The notes under the pieces are model-generated. The model did no database searches. It saw nothing but the letters and a program-made list of their open reading frames with translations, and was not told the origin of the DNA. A stretch of 59,476 nucleotides of DNA, filler included, from Sphacelaria rigidula (Eukaryota), in the NCBI GenBank assembly GCA_964200075.2. It is 9 parts of 9 records of this genome, joined end to end, with 100 filler letters (N's around TTAATTAATTAA, not from the genome) between each part and the next. Parts side by side here need not be neighbours in the genome. Positions count along the whole stretch, not along the records: positions 19,862 to 26,381 come from CAXNAA020019581.1; positions 26,482 to 33,000 come from CAXNAA020019582.1; positions 33,101 to 39,619 come from CAXNAA020019583.1; 6 more parts are not named here. The stretch is one strand, 5' to 3'. Numbering within the stretch: the first letter of the stretch is position 1; each line of letters starts with the position of its first letter. Shown here piece after piece: positions 24,177 through 35,450 of the stretch. A program made the translations under genes and the position numbers.

Positions 24177-25790
24177 TCAGACCGTGTCTTAGATCGTGTC
24201 TCAGGGCGTGTCTGAGCACACTAGCTTTCGATCGAAATGGTGCGGTTGAAAACAGAAATCCGGATACGATACGAGCTGGTTCACGCTTATCACCCAAAAA
24301 ACACCCATCGGCAAAACCTCACGCCGTCCAAGGAGTTAGACCCTCAAATTTTGCACAGATGTTCTATGGGTCATTACGCAACTTACAAAGTACGGGTTTA
24401 TTTTGTGTTTCTTTTTGACCTTCTTCGCCGATTTTCGGGGGTCCTCATTTTTTCGGAAAAACATCGATCAAATCGGACTCCCGTGAAACGGTAAAATAAA
24501 AAAAAACTCGTTCTTCTGAGGTTGCGCTGTGCAAAATTTCAGGGTCTAACTCCTCAAAACGGCGTGAGGTGTTTCGCTTTGGGGCGATAAACCTTGGTGT
24601 ACCGCGATGAAACCGCGAACTACTTGATTTTTGTACCAAAACGGCGTTATTGGGCCTTCCTTGACGTGAACTTGAAAATTCAAGCACAAATTGATCGAGT
24701 TTTGCGACGAAATGTTGGGGGGCCTTCCTTGGGTTATGGGGCGACAAATCGTGCGCGAAAAAAATGAAATGTATATCGTAGTGTCGGTTTTCCGGGGTCC
24801 CAGAATGGAGACTACTTCGAAAAACGACTTGGATCCCGTCGGACCCCCGATAAACGGTAAAACACTCAAGAAGGAAAACACCTCGTCCACAGAAAGTAGC
24901 GTTATGACACATAGCATATTTGTGCAAGTTTTCAGGATCTAACTCCTGATAACGGCGTGAAGGTTTGCGCGTATGTGGAGGACGTGGGCTTGAAACGTGC
25001 AACTCCTAACTACTTGGTTTTCTGTACCGCCTTCCGGGGGTCTTCATACTGGGACCCCCGGAAGGCGGTATAGAACGGATAAACCGTGAAATAATGTCAA
25101 GAATACATTTTTTCCATTTGGAACATCAATACCTACGGAACTGCCAAGTTTGAGGGCGATCTGTGCTCTTCTACAACAGGTATAGGGGACACCGTCACGA
25201 GGCTCCCTGGGTCTTTCGTGCGTATCATTAGTGGGAATTCGACGACGCCAACACCCGACATCCCCGAGACATCAAGGTTTCGGGTATGACTCGATCCCCG
25301 TAGTAACCGTTTTAAAATATGTTTTTTTCGTTAGATTCCCGAGCCGATGACGGTTACAACGATTCGAAGCATGTGAAGATTGTGTGAAAATTGGGCTTGG
25401 ATTTCGTAATTTCGATATCGGAACAATTTGACGGGCACTGATTGGTCGATATGCCTTTTCGCCCTTAGCGCTACCACTATGGCCTTACACACAAATCCGG
25501 CTATGTCACGCTCTTCAGTTGCCATTGGCGATCAGTATGATATCATGTATGCGATCATTGGGTAGGAAGTGCAAAAGTCATTTATTTGCTGATGACACAG
25601 TTTTGCGTGATGAGCGTGAACCAGTCTGTAGGTCGTAATTTTTACCATCGTTGTTCATTTTAACGATGGTTCAAATTACGACCCATCAGGTTGAGATTTT
25701 TGTTCTCCACCGCACTTTTTCGATCGAAATATAATGTGCTAAGACACGACCTAAGACACGGCCTAAGACACGGCCTAAGATACGGCCTTA
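24177..25790. mobile_element. Non-autonomous element with ~85-bp inverted ends built of 12-bp subrepeats
   Basis: (GGCCGTGTCTTA)n-GCACA...TTTCGATCGAAA..GTGCGGT occurs at 24177-24260 and inverted at 25695-25790. Internal inverted repeats (CACGCCGT...GGAGTTAGA.CCT.AAA.TTTGCACA) at ~24320, 24530 and 24925. Exact ends and TSD not resolved. Confidence 0.55.
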
Positions 25791-25803
25791 GCACATCATT
25801 TAA

Positions 25804-26381
25804 CCCTTTTGGGACCGACCCCCCACTAACACAGGGTTGAACCTGTGTTAGTGAAATAATAATAAATACTGTAAGTCTTCGAGCGACCTGCCCAATCACG
25901 GCGAGGCGAAATTTATCGACCAGACCCAAACGACCGGTGCTGGGGTTGTTGGCGAGTATGATGCCGCTGTAAAAATCGTGTGGGGACCCTATTCCTGGCC
26001 CAGGTAAACCTTCGCAGGTTTCCAAATGCAGGGCGGTCCGAGCTTGGTATGTGATGTGACTTGTACTCAGTATACCTTTCCCGAGTTTTCCGGTGTTTTT
26101 TTTGGGTCTCAATTTCCAACCAAAACGTAATAATTACAGTAACACAGGGTCGACCGGAAAACCGGGAAGGAGTGTACATGCTACCATGTGGTCATTTTCA
26201 CTACGCCCTAAAACCAGGTGGGCTGTCGAAACACAAAAGGATCTACTGTCATGAGTTCTGCTTATATCCCTCTGGCGATGACCTGCAGGGTGCAGTCAAC
26301 ATGTATGTAGTGGGCGGGGATGAAGAAGCGGTATAGAGGCAATTGATCTCGGAAGCTGAGAATTGCCCAGAACGTGCAAGG
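25804..26381. mobile_element. piggyBac-like element, second copy, cut by the contig end
   Basis: TTAA|CCCTTTTGGGACCG; colinear with 2253-2817. Confidence 0.85.
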
Positions 26382-26481
26382 NNNNNNNNNNNNNNNNNNN
26401 NNNNNNNNNNNNNNNNNNNNNNNNNTTAATTAATTAANNNNNNNNNNNNNNNNNNNNNNNNNNNNNNNNNNNNNNNNNNNN
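26382..26481. other. Artificial contig-joining spacer
   Basis: N44-TTAATTAATTAA-N44. Confidence 0.99.
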
Positions 26482-27630
26482 GGGGCGCGGGGGGCTGGCC
26501 CGTGCGGGGGGGGCGTGGCAGGCAGTGGGGGCGGGCGGGGGGGGAAGAATTGTCAATGCTTCGACGAGGCTGGTCATATTGGTTCCTCATCAAAACCCTC
26601 TGTTCCGCTCGTCTCTTCTCCTCCACTATTTCTTTTTCATCTTTCCCCTTCCCTCAAGTTTTTTGGTAGAGTGAGCGTTGAGCGTTTCCATTTATTCCCT
26701 TTCATCAAGCGCATACGTCAAACCCCTTTTGTAGGTGCGCACCAGGGGCCGATGTCACAACACCAGTACAGCATGAATGATCGACAGACCCCCAGGTGAC
26801 GGCAAAGACCGCCCGGACTGTGGCTGGGTACCGGACCAGCCCCAAGAATCCCGCCCTGCCTACATCGATTAGATCCCGTGATCCTAGACAGCAGCGTGTG
26901 TTACGCATAGAGAGCACGGTATTTCGAGGGTGGACAAGCAAGCTGGTCACAACGTATCCGACCGCCGCCTTGCCTTTACTCTAACAAGACGAAGTGAACT
27001 ACGTCTGCATCCCGTCAACTGCTGTACAGCGCCCACCACCAGCAGAAGCTGGAGGCACCCCTTACTCGGCATATTCCCCAGTGCTTCTGTAGAATATGCA
27101 CGTGCCGCGCTGTTCATACATCTCCTCTTTGTGGCTCATGAGCACCGTAATATTTGTCACGGATTAACCGATCGTGTGCCACAGGCAATCAAGGTCTCAT
27201 CCGTCAAGCAAGCAATTCTAGAAACATCCACAATGCTCGTGCAAGACACTTGAAAGACCACGTTGTTTTGTACATCCGGATGCCAATATACATTCCTCGT
27301 CACCCATTGTACACGACTGCGCGAAGCAGTCACGTTTCCCTGTACACTGAGAACAGCTTCTTGTCGATGAAGATAACTTCAAGAAAAGTATCCCCATCCG
27401 AATCAATATTGGGGGAGGAGACTGGGAGGGGGGTCGCCCGTCATCTATGGGACTAAAATGCTTCGCGGGTACATGCTCACACTTCCGAAAATGTGGCAAC
27501 ACGTTTGCGTGAAATTATGTGACAGCTCCAGTTGATGTTTGTGTGTTTCCGTCATATGCGACAATTGTGGCACTTTCGAATACGCGGCGGCATAGCATAC
27601 GGCATTGCCGAGGATACGACATTAGTTGTA

Positions 27631-27991
27631 GCCGTTTCGCCCCGGTGGCTTAGTTGGTAACCTCGGGACCCTCTCACTGTTGGGTTGTGGGTTCAACTCT
27701 CGGAGCGGTCAGGGATTTTTTCTCATACCATGCCCAACAGTGGAGAGCGGCCATGTCGTGGGTACACAAAATTCGACTTAACGGTCGACGAGGGAAAGGA
27801 ACTGCTGAGCCCCTCTCGCGATAAAAAGTAAAGGCAAGTACCGCAGAAGGAAGGTGGGGTACTGAAAACAAAGAAGAAAAAAAAACTCCTGTGTTGACCA
27901 TCCTCCTGTGTGACCCCGGCTGGTGCGCCCACATATACCGAAAGGTGTCGACCGGTGTCCAGAATAGATGGGATGACAACACACACACACA
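27631..27991 (+). mobile_element. tRNA-derived SINE with (CA)n tail
   Basis: A box TGGCTTAGTTGG, B box GGTTCAACTC; colinear with 5062-5463. Confidence 0.85.
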
Positions 27992-28340
27992 GTGGAAAAT
28001 GTGTACTTCGATCTTAGTAGGGTAACCTGATAATGCATCGCGGCTTGGTAGACCATAGGCAAAGCTCGCCCCACGGGCCAGGGGCCATCGATGCAGGGAG
28101 TGTGAATAACCTTTGGTGTGCTTCATTGGTGAGCGTGCACGTTACCTATGCAAAAGTAGAAAGCCCAGCCGTAACAATTTCGAACAACGTGGCGAGTAAA
28201 CATTTCGGTGTGAATACTCGATCTCCCGGATATCCTGAAAAAAACACACACACAATTGTCTACTTGAACACGGGAAGAGGAAACGTCCGGCACACCAAAA
28301 CCAGGAGATAGGTGTGTACATCGGTGTCATGCCGACTCAC

Positions 28341-28421
28341 CGTTTCTGCGCTGGCAGGAGCAAGTGGAATTTCTCTCCGTCACGCCGGCTGAGCTCCAGA
28401 ATATACTTCTTGTCGCCGTGG
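28341..28421 (-). CDS. RGS-domain protein, internal exon C (81 nt): (S)HGDKKYILELSRRDGEKFHLLLPAQK(R)
   Basis: tag acceptor and GTGAGT donor, phase 2-2. Continues EVNI-S-HGDKKYILE, matching the RGS VNIS-x-x-x-[KR]-x-x-I pattern. Confidence 0.75.
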
Positions 28422-28619
28422 CTACATGGCAAAGTTGATAGTAGGGAAAACAAGAATAGACAAACACATGCACAAGGAGGGCAGCACAAGAGAAAGATAC
28501 GCCCCGAAAAACAATCGGGGCAGCGTGGGCGGCGCCGAGCGGGAGAGAAAAGGATCCTGAAAAACATTTTCAAGCAGGCAGTCTGCATTATGTTCGCGAA
28601 CAATCAGCTCGCCCGTAAA

Positions 28620-28629
28620 GTTGTTGTCG

Positions 28630-28663
<34 letters not shown>

Positions 28664-29201
28664 CGTCGTCGTCGTCGTTTCATCCCTTCTGGACGCCGGA
28701 CTGCCCCTTTCGGTATATGTGGACGCACCAGCCGGGGCCACACGGGAGGAAGGCCAACAAGGGAGAGGTTTTTCTTGTTCGTTTCAGTTCTCCACCTTCC
28801 TTCTGCGCTGCTTGCCTTTTTTTTTTATCGCGAGAGGGAGTCAGCAGTCCCTTTTCCCTCGTCGATCATGAAGTCGAATTTTGTGTACCCACTATATAGT
28901 CGCTCTCCACTGTTGGTCATGGGTCATTGTGTGAAAAACAATTCCAGATCTCTCCGGGACTCGAACCCGACCCAACCCTCAGACGGCTTCACACCTTGGA
29001 CAATATATGGTCAATAGTTGCAATAGACAAGAAATGTACTGCACAAAGTATAGGCCTACTGCGGCTGTTGTCGGCCGGCAACAGTTGCAATAAGCCTATA
29101 CTTTATGCAGTACACTTCTCGTCTATTGTATCTATTGACCATATATTGTCCAGGGTGTGGAAGGTTTCGAGGCTACTAACTGAGCAACCGGGGCGACCGG
29201 C
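28620..29201 (-). mobile_element. tRNA-derived SINE with (CGA)n(CAA)n tail, head interrupted by a MITE
   Basis: Reverse complement of the 5062 family; possible TSD CGTAAA; MITE at 28990-29159. Confidence 0.85.
28990..29159. mobile_element. 170-bp palindromic MITE (CACACCCTGGACAAT family)
   Basis: CACACCTTGGACAATATATGGTCAATAG ... CTATTGACCATATATTGTCCAGGGTGTG; whole element is a near-palindrome; degenerate 8-bp TSD GACGGCTT/GAAGGTTT. Confidence 0.85.
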
Positions 29202-30217
29202 ACGTAAAACATGCTTTTAATGAAAGTAACGACAAGCATGCAGGAAGTAAAACCAAACTACTTGGATGCCATGTGAAACGACGGAACGAAGTTGGCAGAT
29301 AACGAACCTGCGAGTAATATGGCGGACGATTGTGGGGCGGAGAGGGGGGTTCTAGGGCGGTCATTGATATGGGTTTGCGAAATATATATATATATATATA
29401 TATGGAACGTAACACCAGAGAATCGAGGTGTATGCAAACGCGCCTCTTGTAGCAGGATATTTGGTGCACGCACTGGGGGATCGCAGCATAACATATAATC
29501 GTCGGATAACTGCAACAGAGCAGCAACCACTCTGCTTGCTTACGCCACACGAATAAACCCAGTACTACGCACTATTCGACCTGTATGGAACGGAGCACTT
29601 GAAAAGATCCACGGATGAAGAAAGCACGGACCATTGCAGACGTACCACAATGATCGAACGTGTACAGTAGTTGGTCAGGTGTGACCTCCCACGAACCCCG
29701 CCAGCTTGTCACCATGCCATCCATCAGGGCATGCTCAAGACAGAGTACCCTTCTGGTGCGGGACTCTTGTACGGACCCGCCACCCATTGGGCGGCAGTCC
29801 TCCGTTTTTTCGGAAGAAAATACCACCCGCTGATCTCAAAAGTCCACGACTCCCTGACGCGCCTACAGTGCGTCTCATTCCCACCAAATATTTCACGCCG
29901 TCCACCTGTTCCGTATGTCAGAGCAGCTGTTATTTGTGTTGACGACATACACGTCATGCTTTTGGGAAGATACGTGTGTTGTTGTCCTGAAATGGCGAAG
30001 CCCTGGTGATTTTGTGGTTTATCATGTGTTAGAAGTCATGATGTGCTGCGGAGGCGTGACAATAACGCTTTCTATATTGGCGTTGTCTTACCCACAAAAC
30101 TGTTTCCAATGCCCCCATCCCTCCCGAAGCTGTTCTCATTGGTCCACCCACGACCTATTGATTGGCCTCTGCCGCTAAGGGGTCAACCGCCCTGTCACAG
30201 CAGAAATACTCTTGCCC

Positions 30218-30340
30218 CCTGGTCCGGCAAAAACCCGGCGTGCTCCGTCTCGGCTTTGTAGGGATGCGATGTCTATGGTCTCATGACTATGGCATGGATG
30301 ATCATGAGTAACCCCCCCCCCCCCTCCCCTCCGCCCCCCC
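30218..30340 (+). repeat. Dispersed repeat family R1, 3' part with poly-C tail
   Basis: CCTGGTCCGGCAAAAACCCGGCGTGCTCCGTC...TGACTATGGCATG...GAGTAACCCC matches 11097-11195 and 80-170. Confidence 0.8.
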
Positions 30341-31085
30341 CGGCGCCCTCAATGACTTAGTCTGCTGAGGAGTCTATCGCGGGGAATTCTATAAATGGAA
30401 CATGTATCTAACGGGGAACCACGAAACGTACGTGATGATCTTGACAACAAGCGCTTCCCCTCAAGCATGCTACGCACCAGACATGAGAGGCTACCAACGT
30501 CATGTCTTACACGCCATCAGATCCAAGTGTACAGTGACGCGAGGGCCCTCGCATCACGCGAGGGGTTGCAAATCTAGCACGACCCCACCCCGCTGATGAC
30601 AGCGCAGTTATTTTAATACTGTGTAGCGGGTCGGACTAGTGACAAATGCTTTCACGTGCGCTATAGTGAGTGGACCACCGAACGTTTTGTTTTGGAGACG
30701 CACGTTTTTGCTTTTTTTTCCGTGCAGTGTCTTCTTCGCTGTTCGGGGCTCATGTACTCGACATTAAAAACATTACGGCAGTGCTTGTGTTGCGTCTCAC
30801 ACGGTAAAGTTGAGCACGCCTTTTTCCACACGCACGGCTGGGTGAACCCATGAATGTTAGATAATCAATCGAGCGATCAATCAATCAATCAATGGGTATT
30901 CGGGTTTCCACTGCAGTGCGGTGGGTTGTCAGCCTGGCATGACCGGGCAGTATAGGGACACCTCTTACTCTACCGGTGAAGGTGCGATTACTTGAGAAAA
31001 GTATATAGTCAATCGATCCTCGTCACTAGCGTTTTTGACCGCACTGAGACGGAACCTCCATCATCCATCCAAGATAATTGAGTAC

Positions 31086-31214
31086 CTGATGTTGACCTCG
31101 TCTGGTGAACCGTCGGCGATGAATCTGCGCACGATCGCGAGAAACGCGGCAGGCTGATTGCAGTCTGCCTCGGACAGGCAAGGAAACATGTACGAGAAGT
31201 CACCGCGCTGGTAC
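31086..31214 (-). CDS. RGS-domain protein, internal exon B (129 nt): (K)YQRGDFSYMFPCLSEADCNQPAAFLAIVRRFIADGSPDEVNI(S)
   Basis: cag acceptor and GT donor, phase 2-2, in frame with flanking exons. IVRRFIADGSPDEVNIS is the RGS I..xFI..GSPxEVNI signature. Not reported by the ORF track. Confidence 0.9.
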
Positions 31215-32533
31215 CTGGTGCAGATCGCATGTCACGTACGTGCACGGGAAGTTGTTCATGACGTCGTGTATCGCCTTGAAGCCGTGCACGGGGGGCACCG
31301 AGGTCATGGCGAAAAAATATATACTCCGGAGCATTTGACAATGTCGGTATCACCGCCCTGATTTGGCGCATGCTGAACACCTGAAATACACATGTACACC
31401 TCGAGAAGAGATGAAGACGTCACAGATGACGGTTCCTCTAGCGACAGGAGGGGAAGGCCCCGAGCCACGAGCACCTGTTGCGGATTGATCCCGTGTACCC
31501 CTAGGTAACCGGTGGAAGTATGCATGGTACAAGAGCTCATTGTTATGAAGTTTCCATGCCCACGAGGAGCACGCTGCGAACTCTTTACCACGCCGACGCA
31601 AGACAGAGCCCCTGCCCTTCATAGAGAGACACCCGATGCACCTCGCGTTTGGAGTACGTCGTGCAAGATAGTGCCGCAACAGCCTTCAGCAGAAGGAACT
31701 GAGGGTCTACCCCATCTTCTTCGGCAGCATGCATAGGCGTACCACAGGTGATACAAGGGACGTGTTTCACATTATTATTAGATATTTTCTGCATTTTTCG
31801 TTCATATTCGCTCGAGTTTCCCTTATGGGGTGTGTCCGCTTTTTTTTCACCTTCGGGGTGGCTATACCGTGACCACCCCCGGGCTCGTAGCGGTATGCGA
31901 CAAAAAAAAAAAAAAAGTTACTCAAGTCGTCAACAGCACCTCCACTTCCCTTTTAGAAACTCTATTCTTTACAGACATACATAGTCGCATGTACTTACAG
32001 TATACCAAGACGCGTATGGCACGAACGCAAGACCCACGCGAGTACCCAAGCACAGCGAGTCACTCCCTGATGAGGCCATTCGCCTCCTATGTCGACACAC
32101 CGGTTGTAATAATCTACTGATTGAATTCAACACACAGAACACGCGAAACACGGCATAGACTTCACTTGTACACATCATCGGGAATCAACACGGGCTTCCG
32201 ACCATGAAATTGAGTTTTCGTTCAAAACCCCATCTGATATATCCACCTGAGGTGTCACATCCATCCGGAGTATTCTGCCTTGGCGTTAGGGGTGACAGAA
32301 CGGTAAAGGATTAGGATCAGACACACGATTAGGTGGCCCGGGCGGGTATTCACATTCCAGGTTCAGACGGACAGCTCGGGTAGATTTGAAATCACACGGG
32401 AGCATCCCATACTGATGTGGCATTCTGAATGGATGTCCTTGATTCTGAATGGATATTCTTGATGGATTCTCACCGTGGAGCTTGCACGACAGTGTGAGGC
32501 TCCCAAAATCACATGCTCACGCTTTTGACTCAC

Positions 32534-32788
32534 TTGGTCACTTCCTCGAGAAACAGCACGGACTCCTGACACAGGGCACGAAACGCGAAGGTCCTGAAAG
32601 CCGACGCCAGCCTGGGGTTGGCCGCCAACACCTCGTAGTTCCACCTCCTTCTCCGGGGCGTAACTGCCGACGAAAAATCGTTCATGGAGGTCGACGCAGA
32701 CACGGCCGACCCTTCACTCTGCGGCAGGCTGATTTCGGAGGCGAGATCTATCTCGGTAGACCCCGAGCTAAGGCTTCGTTTTAGAGCC
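32534..32788 (-). CDS. RGS-domain protein, internal exon A (255 nt): linker plus RGS N-terminal helices
   Basis: aacAG acceptor and GTGAGT donor, phase 2-2. ...YEVLAANPRLASAFRTFAFRALCQESVLFLEEVTK matches RGS L..P.....F..F...E.SEENL.F..V..Y. Confidence 0.9.
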
Positions 32789-33000
32789 CTGTTGGATTGA
32801 ATTGGAAGAGGTGTGAACAACCGAGCGGAAGCCCAAGGATCGGGGAGGGTAGGAGGGGGGAAGGGAGGAAGGAAGAGAGGCGCATGCGCGGGAGGGGGAG
32901 GGGGGGGGGGGGGGGGGGGAAAAAAAAAAACAAAAATTACATCCGGGCGAGATATTATGAAAAACCCGGGGGAGGCGGGGGGGCAACCAAAAGAGGCCTT

Positions 33001-33100
33001 NNNNNNNNNNNNNNNNNNNNNNNNNNNNNNNNNNNNNNNNNNNNTTAATTAATTAANNNNNNNNNNNNNNNNNNNNNNNNNNNNNNNNNNNNNNNNNNNN
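33001..33100. other. Artificial contig-joining spacer
   Basis: N44-TTAATTAATTAA-N44. Confidence 0.99.
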
Positions 33101-33146
33101 CCTCCTCGGAGTAAAAGTGACGGGGATCAAACCCCCACGACTAACT
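33101..33146 (+). mobile_element. 3' end of a Copia-family LTR, cut by the contig start
   Basis: GGAGTAAAAGTGACGGGGATCAAACCCCCACGACTAAC matches the end of the LTR at 34368-34410 in the opposite orientation. Confidence 0.65.
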
Positions 33147-33679
33147 TTTGTGACGAGCAGATGACTCTGAAACAGTCGGAGAAGATGAAGGGTGCCAACT
33201 GTGCTTAAACACATGCAAGTACCGCGATTCGACCAAGCTCGGTGGTATAAATGCGTGCATGCGACGGCCGTACAGTCAAGTCGACTTATGTCGTGTTAAG
33301 CCAGTGCATAAAAACAGCATCCGCTGCATGCGAGTCAGGCTTACTATACAAGACGACCAGAGACACCTCTGAATACTAGTCCCGGAGATGGCGTAGACAC
33401 TTCTTGTATTATCGGTGAACAGGCTAGTTGCTACTGTGCTGCTTGAGATAGGTTCTCAAAAGACTCTAAAAGCATGGGGGCCATCACTAATCAAAATCAT
33501 ACAGACCCCAAAATGGCACATGACTTGTCAGATAATAAATAGCAAACGTCTGACACATCGAGCCTAGTTGACTGGAGAATGACGAACAAATCTTGCACAA
33601 ACACACATTGCATGCCCCGAGGTGGGGAGGCAACACGGCGTGCGCAGCTGTCGATCTGTTGTCTCCTATTCAAGGTGAT

Positions 33680-34277
33680 CATCTGCCTGCCAGACACAGT
33701 GCCGAAACATTTCGTCACCCGACCGGACTGGTGAACAGTTTTGTGCAAGTCTTTAATTGTAAATATTCATATACAAGTCCAGCGAGTTGGCTGCCTGTCC
33801 GCAATCGTCGCATGTGCCTTGTATCGGCACCACAGCAGCCGCAATGCCCCCGCACAGTCCGTACCCATCGTTCGAGCTATCGGACGGTGAAAACGGTCTC
33901 GCAGCGGACGCGAAACGTGCCTGCTACATAGAGTGTCGAAATATACCGCCACCCGACTGGACTTGTGAAACGTTATATACAAATCCCCACTTGTGAATAT
34001 TCATGTCCAAGTCCAGTGAGTGGAATACCCTTCCGCGTTCGTCTTATGTGCCCTGCATCGACACTCAACCAGCCGCAATACACTCAAACAATCCGCAGCC
34101 ATCGCTTGAGCCATCGCACGGTGCAGACGGCCTCATAGCGAACGAGAAACGCGTCTGCATTACGCGTCTGCGCGCTAGACACAGCGCCGGAACATTTCGC
34201 CACCTGACCAGACTGGTGAAAAGTTATGTACAAGTAGTTACTTGTTAATATTCGTGTGCAAGTCCAGCGAGTGGAAT
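33680..34277. repeat. Diverged tandem repeat, ~235-250-bp period, about 2.5 copies
   Basis: Anchor AATATTC.T....CAAGTCCAG.GAGT recurs at ~33775, 34009 and 34259. Confidence 0.8.
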
Positions 34278-34278
34278 G

Positions 34279-34365
34279 TGTGACGATTTATAGGCAACCG
34301 ATTAGACTACCGTACAGTCAGGTCGACTGTACGGCAGTCTAATCAGTTGTCTATAAATCGTCACA
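34279..34365. repeat. 87-nt near-perfect inverted repeat (hairpin)
   Basis: 41-bp arms with 3 mismatches and a 5-nt loop (AGGTC). Confidence 0.9.
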
Positions 34366-34367
34366 AA

Positions 34368-35059
34368 CGTTGGTCGTGGCGGTTCGATCCCCGCCACTTT
34401 CACTCCAAGTAGGGCGACTCCCCTTGCCAACGCTGTTCAACTGTTCGCGCTCACGGTATCGGCCTAATGTTGCCACACGTGTCCATTCGGAGTTACTCGT
34501 CTCCTCCACTCATTTCAAGAGTGTGTGCACTGGGGTCCCTAGCAGTCAACTCGGGGATTGAACTCTTCCCCATCACCCTCTTTTTTACCGGAGGTAGGAT
34601 TTTCCTCTTTTTTCTTCAAAGAAAGTGCGTTTGAGCTATACTTATATGGCTTGAGCACCTAATTCTCAACCAAAAACGTAGAAGGCCATCTCACACAGCG
34701 TCCGCTGTCGAAGGTGAAGTGGCAGAAACAGAGGTGTATAGTTGTCTTTTATTGTCTCATTTATATTAAACCGCCCATGTGTAGGAAGGCACACACACAC
34801 TGAACACGGTGGGACGAGAGATGCGGAGGCGCATCTCCGTCGAGAATCCTTCTCGAGCTACGACAAATATCTCCTGTTTCATCCCGCAAAAACATACCGT
34901 ATACCACAAGATAACTCCTCGTCGTTGCAGGATCATTCGAGAACAAAAGTGAGAACAACGAACACCTTCAAGAACATTCCGAGGATCTATCCGAACCGCC
35001 GTTATCAGTACCATTTATGGAAATCACCAGTACCGTTACCCATCGGTTAACCCGCCACA
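34368..35059 (-). mobile_element. Putative 3' LTR of the Copia element (~690 bp)
   Basis: On the minus strand a polypurine tract GGAGGGAAA is followed by TGTGG..., ending ...CCACGACCAACG; it lies downstream of RNase H. Confidence 0.6.
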
Positions 35060-35450
35060 TTTCCCTCCGATAGTCTCGTTATAGTATCCTGGATCTTACA
35101 TTTACCATGAGTGAAATCACACGATTAACACCCTCCCTGATTTTGCACACTGGGAAATCAAACGCATGTCGAAATTCGAATCAACACACAAGGAAGAAAT
35201 TCCAGACCACATCGACCAAAAACCGTTTCCTGGTCCCGAAGAAACACCAATCACACCCAAGCCACGACCGAAATACAGTTCGGCCTTGACTATGACACGA
35301 GTCTCGTGAGAATGCGCTTCGCTCCTAACGAGACACACTCAGCTACAACCTCGTAACCACACCTCACGCCAAACGTTCATAGCTTGACGTAGAAAAAACA
35401 AAGTCCAAGACTATAAACCGGTCTCACTTCAACTTTCAAGATTGTCAAAG

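Noticed and set aside
28146..28234. Candidate fourth RGS exon (good acceptor, GT donor)
   Set aside because: The phase-2 translation (RISGRSSIHTEMFTRHVVRNCYGWAFYFCI) does not resemble the RGS C-terminal helices; the next exon may lie off the contig.
34371..34397. tRNA T-arm or primer-binding-site-like GGTTCGATCCCC
   Set aside because: No A box or rest of a tRNA; it is the reverse complement of the LTR end also seen at 33101-33146.
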